From: Klebsormidium nitens
Lineage: Eukaryota > Plantae > Klebsormidiophyceae
DNA length: 56,452 nt
Direction: 5' to 3'
Assembly: GCA_000708835.1 (NCBI GenBank)
Contig: DF237531.1
Span: 1 to 56,452, forward strand
Position 1 is the first letter of the stretch; each line of letters opens with the position of its first letter. The notes beneath the pieces are model-generated. The model saw nothing but the letters and a program-made list of their open reading frames with translations, was not told where the DNA came from and did not search any database. Shown here one piece after another: positions 33,601 through 44,737 of this stretch. Made by a program: the position numbers and the translations under genes.

Positions 33601-36560
33601 ATCTCCACCTGGAATGTCAACATCGAACATGTGCGTCAGTATGCAGATGGTATACTTGGGAAAGTGAGTTTTGTGCTTGGGAAGACTACATTTTCGACTC
33701 CTTGCTTTGCTTTATTGCGACGCCAAATCGACGCAAAAGTAGCTCTATGGTGTGCAGTTTGACGTTTTCAAATCTAACGGGTCGTTTTTCTGGTGACTTT
33801 GTGTCTCAGAAAAAAACGTCTATGATATTGTGTCTCAGAAAAAGACGTCTATGATACAGTTGATCCGGCTCACTTCAAAGCGTATATTGCCGTTCGTCAT
33901 TAAATCATTCGCACAGAGATGACGGCACCACATTGAAAGCGCTGGGATTTGCTTGACAGCTATAGGTGGGCTCAATTTTTCAGCATCTCAAAGGGAAGTC
34001 GAGCGTCAGCATAGAGAGGAGGGTCTCACCTTAAGGACGTCTCCCGCCTTGGCACCGCAAACCTGCACACGTGACGCATATGAACTGGTTGACTTTTTGC
34101 AGGTCCTTTGGCACCAAATGTGCGCTGGGCGAAGCTGTCCGAGTGCTACCAAGCTACGAGCCCAACCTGATTTGATCTTTCCAGCTTTTCGAAGGTTTTC
34201 TCATTGAACAGGCAGGAAAGGGCCGGGTTTCTCAGGACCTGAAAATGGTAAGAGTGAAAATGGAAGATGTGCACGTGGCGATGACAGCTGAGGTGTCAAG
34301 CTTTTACAGTCGAAACCCACAGCTTCAGTTGGCAGGTCAGAGCTTTGACCGTTCATGCGAAGTCGCCTCTAACATCTTGCACCATAACTAGTTTGGCTCC
34401 CACGCACCGACACTGACACTGGAAAGAGACCCATCAAGACAAAAGATGCAAACAAAAGCGCATTGCACACAACACCGCTGAGCAGCCCTTGATAAATCAT
34501 TTAGATTGGCTCACTTGTGAGCCATTACCTAGACCGAAGTTGCTGGTACATGAGAATTTGACATTTGGGGGGGTCCTCTCACCTGGATGGGCCCAGTCAG
34601 GATGTGCCCCCCGTTCCCGGCCTGGACATTGTAGCTGTTGGACCGGTTGGAGCCGGTAGCCTGGAAGAAAATGTCCTCAACGCCGGGATCGCCCCTGCAA
34701 AATTGAGCAAAGGAACAAGAGTCAGTCAGCTCCTAAAGATAAACGATGGTGATGACGTGCTGATGTCTTTCACTTACTAAATGCTCTTTTTTGTTCTTGT
34801 CCCTGAAAGCCCGAGATGCTGACAGAGTCGTGTTAAATCGCCCATCCTATATCTTCCAATTGAAAAGATCGCACTTAAAAGTTTTTTACTTGGTTGTCTG
34901 GTTGTAAATTAGGATAGAGATGGCTACATCATGCTGACAGGACGACAAAGGAAGCACAAAGAAAGGATGACAAGGTCCTAGATACAACTCAGTTTCTGAA
35001 ATCTTTTCTTTTTCCTTTTTCTTTTCTTTTTCAGGATAATAGTCCAAGCTTTGGCACAACGAATTCAAAGGTGCTTCCAACCAATTCTGTTCCTAAATAG
35101 CTTCAGCAAGAGTCCAAGCAAAATGGCAGGATGCTATCAGGACTGTATCTATCTCAAATTCTTGGGTCACTTTTGCACAAGAAGGTGTCAGCTCACTTGA
35201 TCAGCTTGGCATAGTCGTTGCTCCCACGCTGGGTGACGCACTCGCCGATGATGATCTCGCCACTCTGCACACGTGTCAAGAGCAGATCGGCTCAGCCCAG
35301 ATATCTGAACAACAGTCACGTATGGGGACACGTTTACAGGCATTGGAAATTTCTCCGACTTTCTGCAAACCGATAGCAAAATGTGTGGCTACCTTAAAAC
35401 AAGTTTGGACCCTTCTATGGCACATACACAGATTGGATGCAGTATGAATGATTGCCTCGGTGCTTGGCCTCAGCTGAGAGCTTTTTCGAACACTTTAAGA
35501 ACTTGACTCTGCGCATGAGATGAAGGATTCATTGAAGGACAGAGCTCTAGAGACAATGTGTAGCTAAGAAGTTTGCTAAGCTCTGGTATTGCCGAAGCCT
35601 TTTAGAAGCTGTCAAACCATTCTACCTTTGTGGTCAGCAGAATCAGAATAACAGTAACCAATGCGCAGTTGAGCAGAGTCCAAACATGTAAGCTAGAAGG
35701 GGCATTGCACCACAGGTAGTTGATTGCCTCTGTGAAGTTGTTCCCATGGGGGAAAGGCCCACAACCGGAAATAGCATTGAAGAAGGACCACATTGTTGAG
35801 CCGTCACAAAGCTCGTATCACGGCAAGGTAAAACACAAGCGGCCCCTGATTTAAGATCTCTGAGCTCCCCAAACCGGGTGATAGATTCAACTGGTGAAAG
35901 TGCGAGCAACTTCAAAACTTCAGAATTGGAACTTCAGAACTTCTCCTCGTTGGAATGCCTGTGTTTGAAACGTTTACTCGCTGACGCAATAGTAATGCCA
36001 TAAGCCGAAGCTTGACAGGCCCCATCAGAAGAGAGGCTGGGCTGTGCTTCTCAAGCAACTCGTTAGTCATAGAAGATCTTTTCCCCCTGCTCTTACCTAT
36101 CTTATCAAAGAGGCTCCTAACCTCATTCAAACATGTAAGGATCTGAAGGATTCAAGCACAAATCTGTTTGGTCGAGGAGCTGAAAACCATGAAATGTGGA
36201 ATGCAGAATCTCAGCGGGGTGAGCACGACAGGCCTCATGGCGGGCTTTATGGTCCCACAGGTTGAGCTGAAGATTCCATCACACATTGAAGAATAAAAGC
36301 CAACAACATGTCAGGAATAAAACAACATTCAGTATGCTGGAATCTGACAAAGGGTCACTTACCTGGATGTGGGCAACAGGCGCGATGGTGGGACTGAACA
36401 CCCCGCGGGTGACAGTCGACGCGTTGGCCTTGAGAACTGTCGTGGAGGGAGTGGCGCACACGTCACTCACAATGGCCTGGGCTGACGTCGTCTGCCAGCT
36501 GGCGGCCGCCAGCAACAAGGTGATTGCTAGCGCCGCTGAAAGGCGGGTCTTGCACGCCAT
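27691..36560 (-). CDS. Acetamidase/formamidase-family (FmdA/AmdA) protein with N-terminal signal peptide; one 1-nt frameshift at 31860-31863
   Basis: Exons (-) 36560-36363, 35264-35197, 34694-34583, 34062-34030, 33608-33516, 32661-32545, 31960-31760, 30815-30630, 29656-29461, 28518-28365, 27903-27691; ~523 aa after adding one G at 31860-63. Family motifs GHILTGPIQVCGAKAGDVLKVEIL, PLRPHLGTMG, PPSNFGGNIDNWRIGAG, LLSFGDCHAAEGDSELSGNAIE, VDFGVTQVVDSNWGAH. Confidence 0.88.
28541..28570. repeat. 10-bp tandem repeat (GTTTCAGAAG)x3, intronic
   Basis: Seen directly in the sequence. Confidence 0.9.
28960..29915 (-). repeat. Tandem degenerate copies of the donor and acceptor junctions of amidase exon 29656-29461
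   Basis: Exon-end copies at ~29303-29395, 29148-29235 and 28968-29055; exon-start copies at ~29770-29823 and 29880-29912. Confidence 0.9.
31728..31751. repeat. (GAAACC)x4 microsatellite, intronic
   Basis: Seen directly in the sequence. Confidence 0.9.
33800..33856. repeat. 29-bp tandem duplication, intronic
   Basis: TGTGTCTCAGAAAAAAACGTCTATGATA followed by TGTGTCTCAGAAAAAGACGTCTATGATA. Confidence 0.85.
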
Positions 36561-37999
36561 TTTGGGAAAGCCAATGCAACCGCTTTGAGAGCAGCGAAAG
36601 GAGCTGGGAGTTTTGTGCTCTGAGCTGTGAATGCGTCTAATTCGTGGCCAATCTCCTTCACAAACTTTCAGCTTCAAGTATGTTTCGGGGCCGCCAAGAA
36701 GCAGCCAAGGACATCAAGCTTAAAGAGACCTGCAGGATTTTGCAATGACTCCGAGCCAGAAAAAACGTTGTGGCCAAGTTCCAACCTAGGTAGCAAATTG
36801 CTTGTGAGCTAGGTACCGTAAGTTTCTACCAGCTCACAACTTTGGAAGCGACGCCAAGAAGGTTCACTCATACGGTACATAGGTAGAGTGGTGTGAGCGA
36901 GTCACTGCTGTGCAGGGAGCAGCGTCACGCTGTGTTGTAATTGGTGCACCCAACGATCAATCATTGGGACTGCACGGGGTTCATGTGCACAGGCTATACC
37001 CGTATCCTGCAGTGACACGTGGAAAATATCTTCTAGGGGCCACTTTTCTGACGAATCATCGAAGAGGTACATTTACTGCCGCGGTTCGCCACTGTGAAAT
37101 CTTGGAACGCGGCGCTCCGCTTACCGTGTTAACATCATGTCGGATGCAGTCCGAGACAACATTTGACGTCACCTTGATAAACCCTCGCACGCTCCACAAT
37201 CTGCCCGGCCGCCGGGCCGGCCCGAATCAAGGCCGAAGCCTAGCTCGAATGACTCCAAGCTCATTGAGTCCGACACATTGTGACCAGGGTCGGATCATCT
37301 CGCAGGGCCGCCCGAGCATGCACCAGTGGCAGTTCCAAGCAGGGGACCACCGTCAGGCAGGCTGAGCTAGCAAGGACTGCATATTGTCACCCCAAAGCAA
37401 GGTTACAATGCGTGGCTACCATTGGGGACCTGATATCGGATGCAGCCTGCCTATGTGGCCACCATTTGAGCGGGCCCGGCCTTGAAACTTCCGACCTACG
37501 GTGCAAGTGCATGTCCGCTTAAATTTTGGGATACATGCCAGGTTTGTTTTGACAGCAACGTCAAAATCTGATCGCAAGCGCTAATTAATGTACGGCCATG
37601 CGATCAAATTGTAGGAAGTTCGCTTAGTAAAAAGGAGATTCGAGCCCCTGTGCTCGTCATATTTTCGGTCAGCTTATCCGTTTGTCACCGTTGTCAATAA
37701 CCACGAGGAATGAGATCTCAATTGACTTCCAATCTTGCGACAGTCCTGATCACTCATCGCCTATACTCCGGAATAGAGTACACGAATTTGCAGAGCCGAT
37801 TGAAACCTGAGCTTTCCACATTTTGGCTGCAATCTGTGCGGGTAACGAAGACTCTTCTCAAGGAGGTCGACGCTTGAACTGCCATGCCGATTGACGCATG
37901 CGCAAAATTGGTACAGTCCTGCAAAGAAAGGCATGGCCGATTAGAAGAAGAAGGTTGGACCGGTCCACCCATCAAAAGTAAGAGGAAGCTTAACGGCTG

Positions 38000-40900
38000 A
38001 ATTTATCAAGGCTGACCGTAGGGCCTGACATCATGTTTTTACCACATCTAGGTGCGCATCACAAGGCAGTTTTATCAGCTCGCGTACACCCTGTCTCGAG
38101 CAACAAAAGCACCCATACGAGGTCTCTGAAAAAAGACGTATTACACAGGGAATCCAGGTTGGTCTGGACCTCGTTATGTATGGACCCTGTTGCGGAGCCG
38201 TATCTTACAGCGCTCGACATCCAGGGACACAAGAGCCCCAAAGGGCGGTCGCAAGGTCAGGTCGGGCCAAACTCGGCACTTTTTCGCTCGAAAAACGGCG
38301 CCGTAAATTGAATTCTATCGCGGTTTTCGGTCATAATTCATCGATAAAATTCAAATTAAAAGTTCGCGAAACTGCGCGGACTCGCGGTCCGCGCGAAGTC
38401 GCGCAGTCGCGCGCTACTTTACCAGCTGGTTAGCTGCCATGTTAAGTGGTAGTTAGGCTAAGTTAGAGGCTATGCGAGCCCGGTTATGCATTTTTGAAGG
38501 TCGGTTTAAGCTGTTCTGATGCTACTTAAGTGGTTTGGTGGCTAGGTTAACATTTGCGGGGCTACTATTGACTAAAGTACCGCCTTCGGACCTCGATAAC
38601 CCTCTTCTTGAACATATTAGGGGGAAGAGAAGCTACCAATCGACCATGAATATAAGTGCTACCATTCAATCGACCAATGTTCGTTTCCGTGCACCGGCCT
38701 ACTAGCTTTTGCTATCATGTTGCTATGAAGTCGGTGGACTACCTACAAATTCGCATTAACAACCAGTTTAGCCCCGACTATGTGACATACTAAAGACATG
38801 TGCTTTCGATGCATAGAATTGAATATGAGAGACCCCATACGATACATACGGTAGTCATGTATGTTGCACTTGAAAATCTCCAATTCTGCCAGCGACTGAG
38901 CATGTTCTTCAAAACACTCATCAATCTCAAGTTGCAAATTGTTGTTTCTAGTATCGATTAGTCCTCCAACATTTCCAATATCTTCTCGTGATCCTCTAGT
39001 GACAAGTTATAAAAGATTTGACCTCCTTTCCTCTGCCGCCTAGTGCGCTCTGTTTGATCTTCCGGATTTACATCGAGCTTAATCGCTTTGACTATGTGCG
39101 AATAAATAATTGCCTCATCGGGCCGCGCCCATTCGTACTTCCTCACTCCCCGGACTTTCGTCCTAGGGGGTATCTGTAAGTATTTACACCTAACTACCAT
39201 ATCGCCTGCCGCATACACGTGATCAGACCAAGTATCCTGCTCGGGTGCGGTTAACCTATGCATACCTCGCGTGCACTGTCCTAGAAAGTAGGGCTCGTTT
39301 TCCGACTCCGCCGCCATTGCGAAGAAGTCGCCGGGCTCAAGGAGGTTTGGCAGCTCGTTGTGATCGTCCCCCCCAAATCGGGGAGCGTCGTCGTCGTCGT
39401 CGTCGAGGTCGTCGGGAAGCGGGAGTTGGGACGGCTGCAATTCGACTTGCACCCAATCCCCGGCATAAGCGGTCGATTCGCAATCTTCGAACTTTCCCTC
39501 GAAGCAAGGCCCGCAAAAGCAAGCAAGCTGGCGGTGGAAGAGAGTCGTCGCGTTCCGGCCTCCAGCTCCCCGCACCGCATGGAAAGACCGAGTGCCCGGA
39601 ATCTGTTTGCATTCGTAGGGAACTGATCGGTCGACCTCGTCCTCACCAATGAAAACGAACTTCCGACTAACCCCCTCTCGCAGGGCCGCCCGACTAGCGA
39701 AGCTTGTTGGCGCCGCGCTGGAGAGCCGCTCAGTCAGCAGCCGCACTGCTTCAGCCGCTGACGTCATTTGGGACTCCCCGTCCCTAACAAGCTGCCACTT
39801 CCGCAACGCGGACTTGACGACAGCCCCGGCCCCGTCATGCTCGCCCTTCCCATGACCGGATTCAAAGAAGTACCACTGCAGGAGACAGCAATCAGTCGAT
39901 CAGTCGGGTTACGTCTAACTTTTCAGTGACAACACGTCAGCCCATGACAGGACTGCATACCGTGGTCAACAGGCCGTCATTGAAAGGGCCAAAGCCGTTC
40001 GGTCGAATTTGCTGCAAAATACGGAGCGAAACGGAACGGTCCTGGCAGGAAAGGTCCTTTGAAAAGCAAACTTCCTTGAGCGATCACATACTCTGCCGGA
40101 CTGTTGTCTCGGATGTGCAGAATACTGTCAATCGTTTGTTAGTTTCACAGTCTAATCGCTTGAAGTGCTAATTGTTTGAGCTCTATACGGTCAGAACAAT
40201 ACTCCAGAGCAGTGCCTTCAAAACGACCTCTAGCTTTGAAAGGAGGAGCAACCTCGGAAGGGCTGAACTCACCTCCATCTTAACAGCGGTGAGCCCGGGG
40301 TACCGCGCCACGAAGTAGAACGCCCTCCTAGATTTGAACTGCGAGGCAGCCCCGTCGGAGAAGACCCGGTGCTCCTCGACTTTGATCCCCCTCTCCTTCA
40401 TTTCTGCTGCGTGCTTCTTTACAAGGCAGTGCTGCACAAAGTGCGTGTCGTGCTGCTTGTCGTCGCTGATGTAGAAAACGGTTTCGCGAGCGATTTGACG
40501 GTTTTCTGCGGTGCTTTCTACGCCGTCTATTTCTAATTGCTTGTGCCTGTATGTAATATGTACAAGGATGGTAATCTGATCGCTGTGCCAGTGCATCGAT
40601 TGGATCTCGTCTTGCTGTTCGAATGAGTAATTCTCGGCGAAGTCGATGACCGAGACTACTGTGCCAACAGGAAAAGTGTCTAGGAGCTCGCGAAATTGCT
40701 TGTCCTGCCACTTGACGCGGAAGGTGTGCTGGAGGAAAGGGGGGACCTTGGCACCTAAAGCGGAAAAGAGCTCACTAGGAGAGCTCTCAACCATAACCTC
40801 CTTGATTCGCTTCTTGTCTCTACCATCCCTATCCTTGATCGGCTGCCCATTTTTGTCAAGGACAACGACGTACTGAAAACTTTTGTACTTCACAAGTGGG

Positions 40901-43900
40901 GCTGACGCGTCCAGCTCCACCGGGCACGTCGCAAACTTGCGCTCGAAGCCGCAAAGGCCGCATTTGCCGGAGATGCACTCCGGCTTGTGCTTGTCGGAGC
41001 CCTCCGGCTTGGGGCACATCAGCTCCTCGCAGAAGGCGCTTACAGAGTTGTAGTCCTGTACAACAAGTAACTAAATTTAGGAATCACTCAACATGTGCAG
41101 ACATTCTGCCCCCTACCCCCACAGAAAAAGGAGAACCGCATGACTGGACGCTGATTCCTAACAGCACACCAAGACACAAAAAAAGAGGGGAGCGCTGGTC
41201 GCGCTCTGCGCCCCCCCAGAAAATTAAAAAGAACGTCGGCTGCCGCTGGTTTGAAGTGAAAGGACTTCTCAGAAATGGGCGGAGCGTCAGACGCGCACTG
41301 CAGCCCCCCCCACCAGACAGAAATAAAAGTTGTCGACCGCGCCGTGATTTTGATGGGGGCCCCAAAACGCAGAAAGAGCGGAGCATCAGATCCGCACATG
41401 TCAATCTGCCCCCCCCCCCCCCCGGCGGAAAATGATTAAGCTCGATTGCACACTCATATCTGGAAGCCTCCCCAAACACAAAAGGAGGGCCACAATTTGC
41501 AAACATTTTGCCCCCCTTCTTGAAACAGGGTCGACCGCGAGCAAGGTTCTCTACCCCACCCCCCTCCCACTAGGGAACAACACAAGGAAATCAAATGCCA
41601 CTTTACGTCCTTGCGCCCCCACAGAATAGAAAACCAGAGCTTTGAACAAAGTTGAATTCAAAGCCCTGCCCAATAGATGATAGAGTTGCGTCAGGGTTAT
41701 GCTCATCTTTCAAAAGCCCCCTAGAGGAAAGATCAATCCAGTGCCAAATACCTGCCCCCTTTTCATTGCCCTATGATGTTTGCATTCATTAAAGATGAAT
41801 AATTTGGAGATTTACCTTCTTGTGGATCTGGCAGGACATGTCCGCTGGAGAAGGGCGGCAGAGATTGCACCCGCACTTGCATTGTTCGTGCCTGGTCATG
41901 CGCACGCGCCGCAGCGCGTCGAGCAGGTAGCGCATCTCAACGTCGTACTTGCAGCAGCACACGTTGCGGTCTTTGAGCTTCCGCACGAACCTGGAAGGTT
42001 ACAAACGAGAGGTCAGTACAAGAGCAAGAACAGAATGAGAGCTCCAGCAGAATTCAGGAAAACCATAGAGTTGAATCTTCTGCGCAAGAAACACCTCTGC
42101 CAAGCTTTTGAAAACTCCTGATTGACTCAAAGAACCTTGCTAGGCACTGCGATACACAGACTCTAAAAGGTCATCACTAAACCCTTCAGAGAAATGTCCT
42201 CATACCTGCTTTGCTGTGTTGCTCTCAAGACCTCATAGAGAGGAGTCTGGCTTAACCCCAGGAAAGACATTGAACAAAACGAGGAGAACCGAAGAAATGG
42301 CAAATGTAGAAGACAAAATACTTACCAGGGTTTGAGGACTTCAAAGCTCCTCTCACCAATCTTCACCTCCGGGTGATCCTCCTGGAACTTCTGGTACAGC
42401 TCCGCCTGCAAAGAGCACACAAGTTGCGGAACTGTACTTAACATCGCGTGTGACGCAAAGTAGGCCCCAGCACCAGATGCAACAAGCAAAAGAATCCTTA
42501 GACATGCAGTTTGCAACAAACACATGAACCGCAGTCATAAGCACCCACCATGAGCAGCCAACCAAATTCCTGATTGCCAAGGCTGTCCACAATGGAGATA
42601 CAAACGCCAATTCGCAGAAGAACCAGACCTGAACCTCCTCCTTGGGGCAGCAGTCTTTCAACAGAATCACCATCAACTGAGCATAACAATCAGAACTTAC
42701 CTGGGATATCTCCAGCAGATGCGCTGGATGCGTATCATATCGATTTGGAGCGGTACGGTGCCGCACCACGTCCTTCCGGTTGGGGGACACCCGAGTTTTT
42801 CTTGCCCAGTACGCTATGACGAGCTCCTTAATTGCCTCACTGATTCCATCCTTCCTGCGCGCTCTCTTCGTCAGCGCCCAGAAGCCCCCCCCTCGATCCA
42901 GCTGCCCACGCCGACTGATGGCCGTGGCAACCTTAGTACGTGGCTGTCGCAGCACCTTGCTATAGGCCCGCTGCAGCCTTTGCCTCGTCACAGGGCTGCC
43001 AGTGCTGGCAGCTAGGATTGCATGCCTGGCAGCTGTCTCGTCTGCGCTATGCGTGCCTCGACTTGTAAGGCTCTGCAGCGCGCGCGCAGTCTGCTCAAAC
43101 ACCAGCGTCCTGACCGCCATCTTCTTCTTTGATGGCATCCCTGCCATCCCCCTTGCGGACTCTAGCACGGCATGGCCAAATGTGCCATTCAAGATCTCTG
43201 CCTGGTCTTCGTTTGTTCTGCCCCTCAGACTCTGCGCCACCGCCAATGCATTCTTGCGCACGATTGCACGCTTGCGCCGCTCGCACAGGGGTTCCGCTGA
43301 CTCGTCTGGTTGTCCAATCTCGAGCTCTTCAGCTTTCCGCTTCCTGCTCTCTTGCTGATACACCCTGTTCATTGATCTTCTGTGGTCAGCTCTCGCAGCC
43401 GCCTGGGTCTCTGCCTGCGCCTCCGCTGCCACCGCTGCAGGCATATTTACACGAGTGCCTTGGCCAGGAACATGCTGTTTCCTGTGTCTCTTATTCAGCC
43501 GGGTTTTTTGATTGGCCATTGCTGCAGGCTGCCAGCTCAAAAAGCTCTAACACAGGCCAGTAAGAGAACCGAAGAATGGCTGCCCTGCCACGGCGCCAAA
43601 CCTCCCCCCAGGGCAGCCCACATAAAAAATAGCAGACCTAAGCAAAAAAAACCCCGTTTTTTGCATCTGAAAGGTAACAAAAAGGCCTAGGGCACTGCAG
43701 CCCTTTGAACATGGACCAAAATTGTGGGGGCAGGATACTTGGGCCCTGCAGAACAAGCTCATTTGCCAGCCTATTTTCACCTTCCTGAGGGCAGCGCCTA
43801 AGGCCAGCTAAGGCCATGGAATGATGTGTTTCTTTGCTCAGTGCCCGAGCCTAGCACCTGGACCAGAGACCCAGTGCTTGAGTTGGGTTATTTTACAAGG

Positions 43901-44150
43901 TTTTCCCAATGTTTCAGCGGTCGCCCTTCTGGGGGGTCAAAAGTGAGCAGAATTGCACAAAGCCAGCAGCATGGGTGCCCCCCAACATAAGATTTTGGGG
44001 TCCAGATTTGGTCCACATCTTGGGTTACGTTCCTCATGACCACCTACCAATTTGCAGCCCTGAAAGATCTTGTCTTCCAAGGTTTGAAGTGTGAATCCCG
44101 CCCAAATCAGGATTCTGACCAAAATGCTGACATGGCACATTCTGACTGGT
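38000..44150 (-). mobile_element. Probable DNA transposon carrying the transposase; ends approximate
   Basis: Inferred from the transposase and its non-coding flanks. Only weak, patchy inverted similarity (e.g. CCCCAAAGGGCGGTCGC at ~38236 vs GCGGTCGCCCTTCTGGGGGG at ~43917). No TIR or TSD confirmed. Confidence 0.4.
38958..43519 (-). CDS. Spliced DDD/E-type (RNase H fold) transposase-like protein, 924 aa, superfamily unassigned
   Basis: Exons (-) 43519-42701, 42405-42326, 41990-41816, 41055-40273, 39875-38958, all GT-AG and in phase with no stops. Motifs VIDFAENY..QQDEIQSMHW, VFSDGAASQFKS and WYFFESGHGKGEHDGAGAVVK. Cys clusters CCCKYD, CKCGCNLC, CISGKCGLC and CFCGPC. Confidence 0.82.
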
Positions 44151-44737
44151 AGAGGTTCGAGGCGGCGTCACATGAGGGCATGCCCGCCCCAAACCTTGAA
44201 GCCCTTGACGAGTAGATGTCGACAAAGTGCGGCCGCGCGCGATTCCGTTACCATACAAGAAAGTTATGAGGACTTGAAGGTGCTCAGCAGCTCATTTCTG
44301 GATATTGCTGACACAGTTTTGGCCTTACCTGATCCTGCGAACGCCCCAAACCGAAGGGAGGCCAGCACATCGTAAGCAAGCCTGGCAGAGCCGAGGATCT
44401 TCGACGGACAAAGTGACGTGAAGCGCGGAGCAACACCGAGTACAAGAAGAAGTTGCCGACATCAAGATTACTTTCAGAGATCCGGACTTTTGAGTTCTCA
44501 AGTGCAGGGGGCAGTCTTTGCACAGCCATTCACAATCGCTTAAGTTGGTGAACAACAGGCCCGGCGTGCACAATGCCCTCGCTCTCTCCGGAAATACCCA
44601 CACGGAGAATTAATGCGCACCGCACGTCCACCTGCTCTTTAACAAAACCCGTCCCATCCTAGCACCTTCTCCTTGTTGCCCATTGTCCTCAGCGTTTCAC
44701 TGCATCGATCAAACCAATGGGAACTACTCACTCGCAC

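Noticed and set aside
37980-44150. Terminal inverted repeats and TSD for the transposase element
   Set aside because: Only short patchy matches between the flanks; no convincing TIR by eye.
44284-44640. Final exon of the LRR gene (LSDCEWLCKDC..)
   Set aside because: No in-phase AG acceptor could be assigned; left out of the model.
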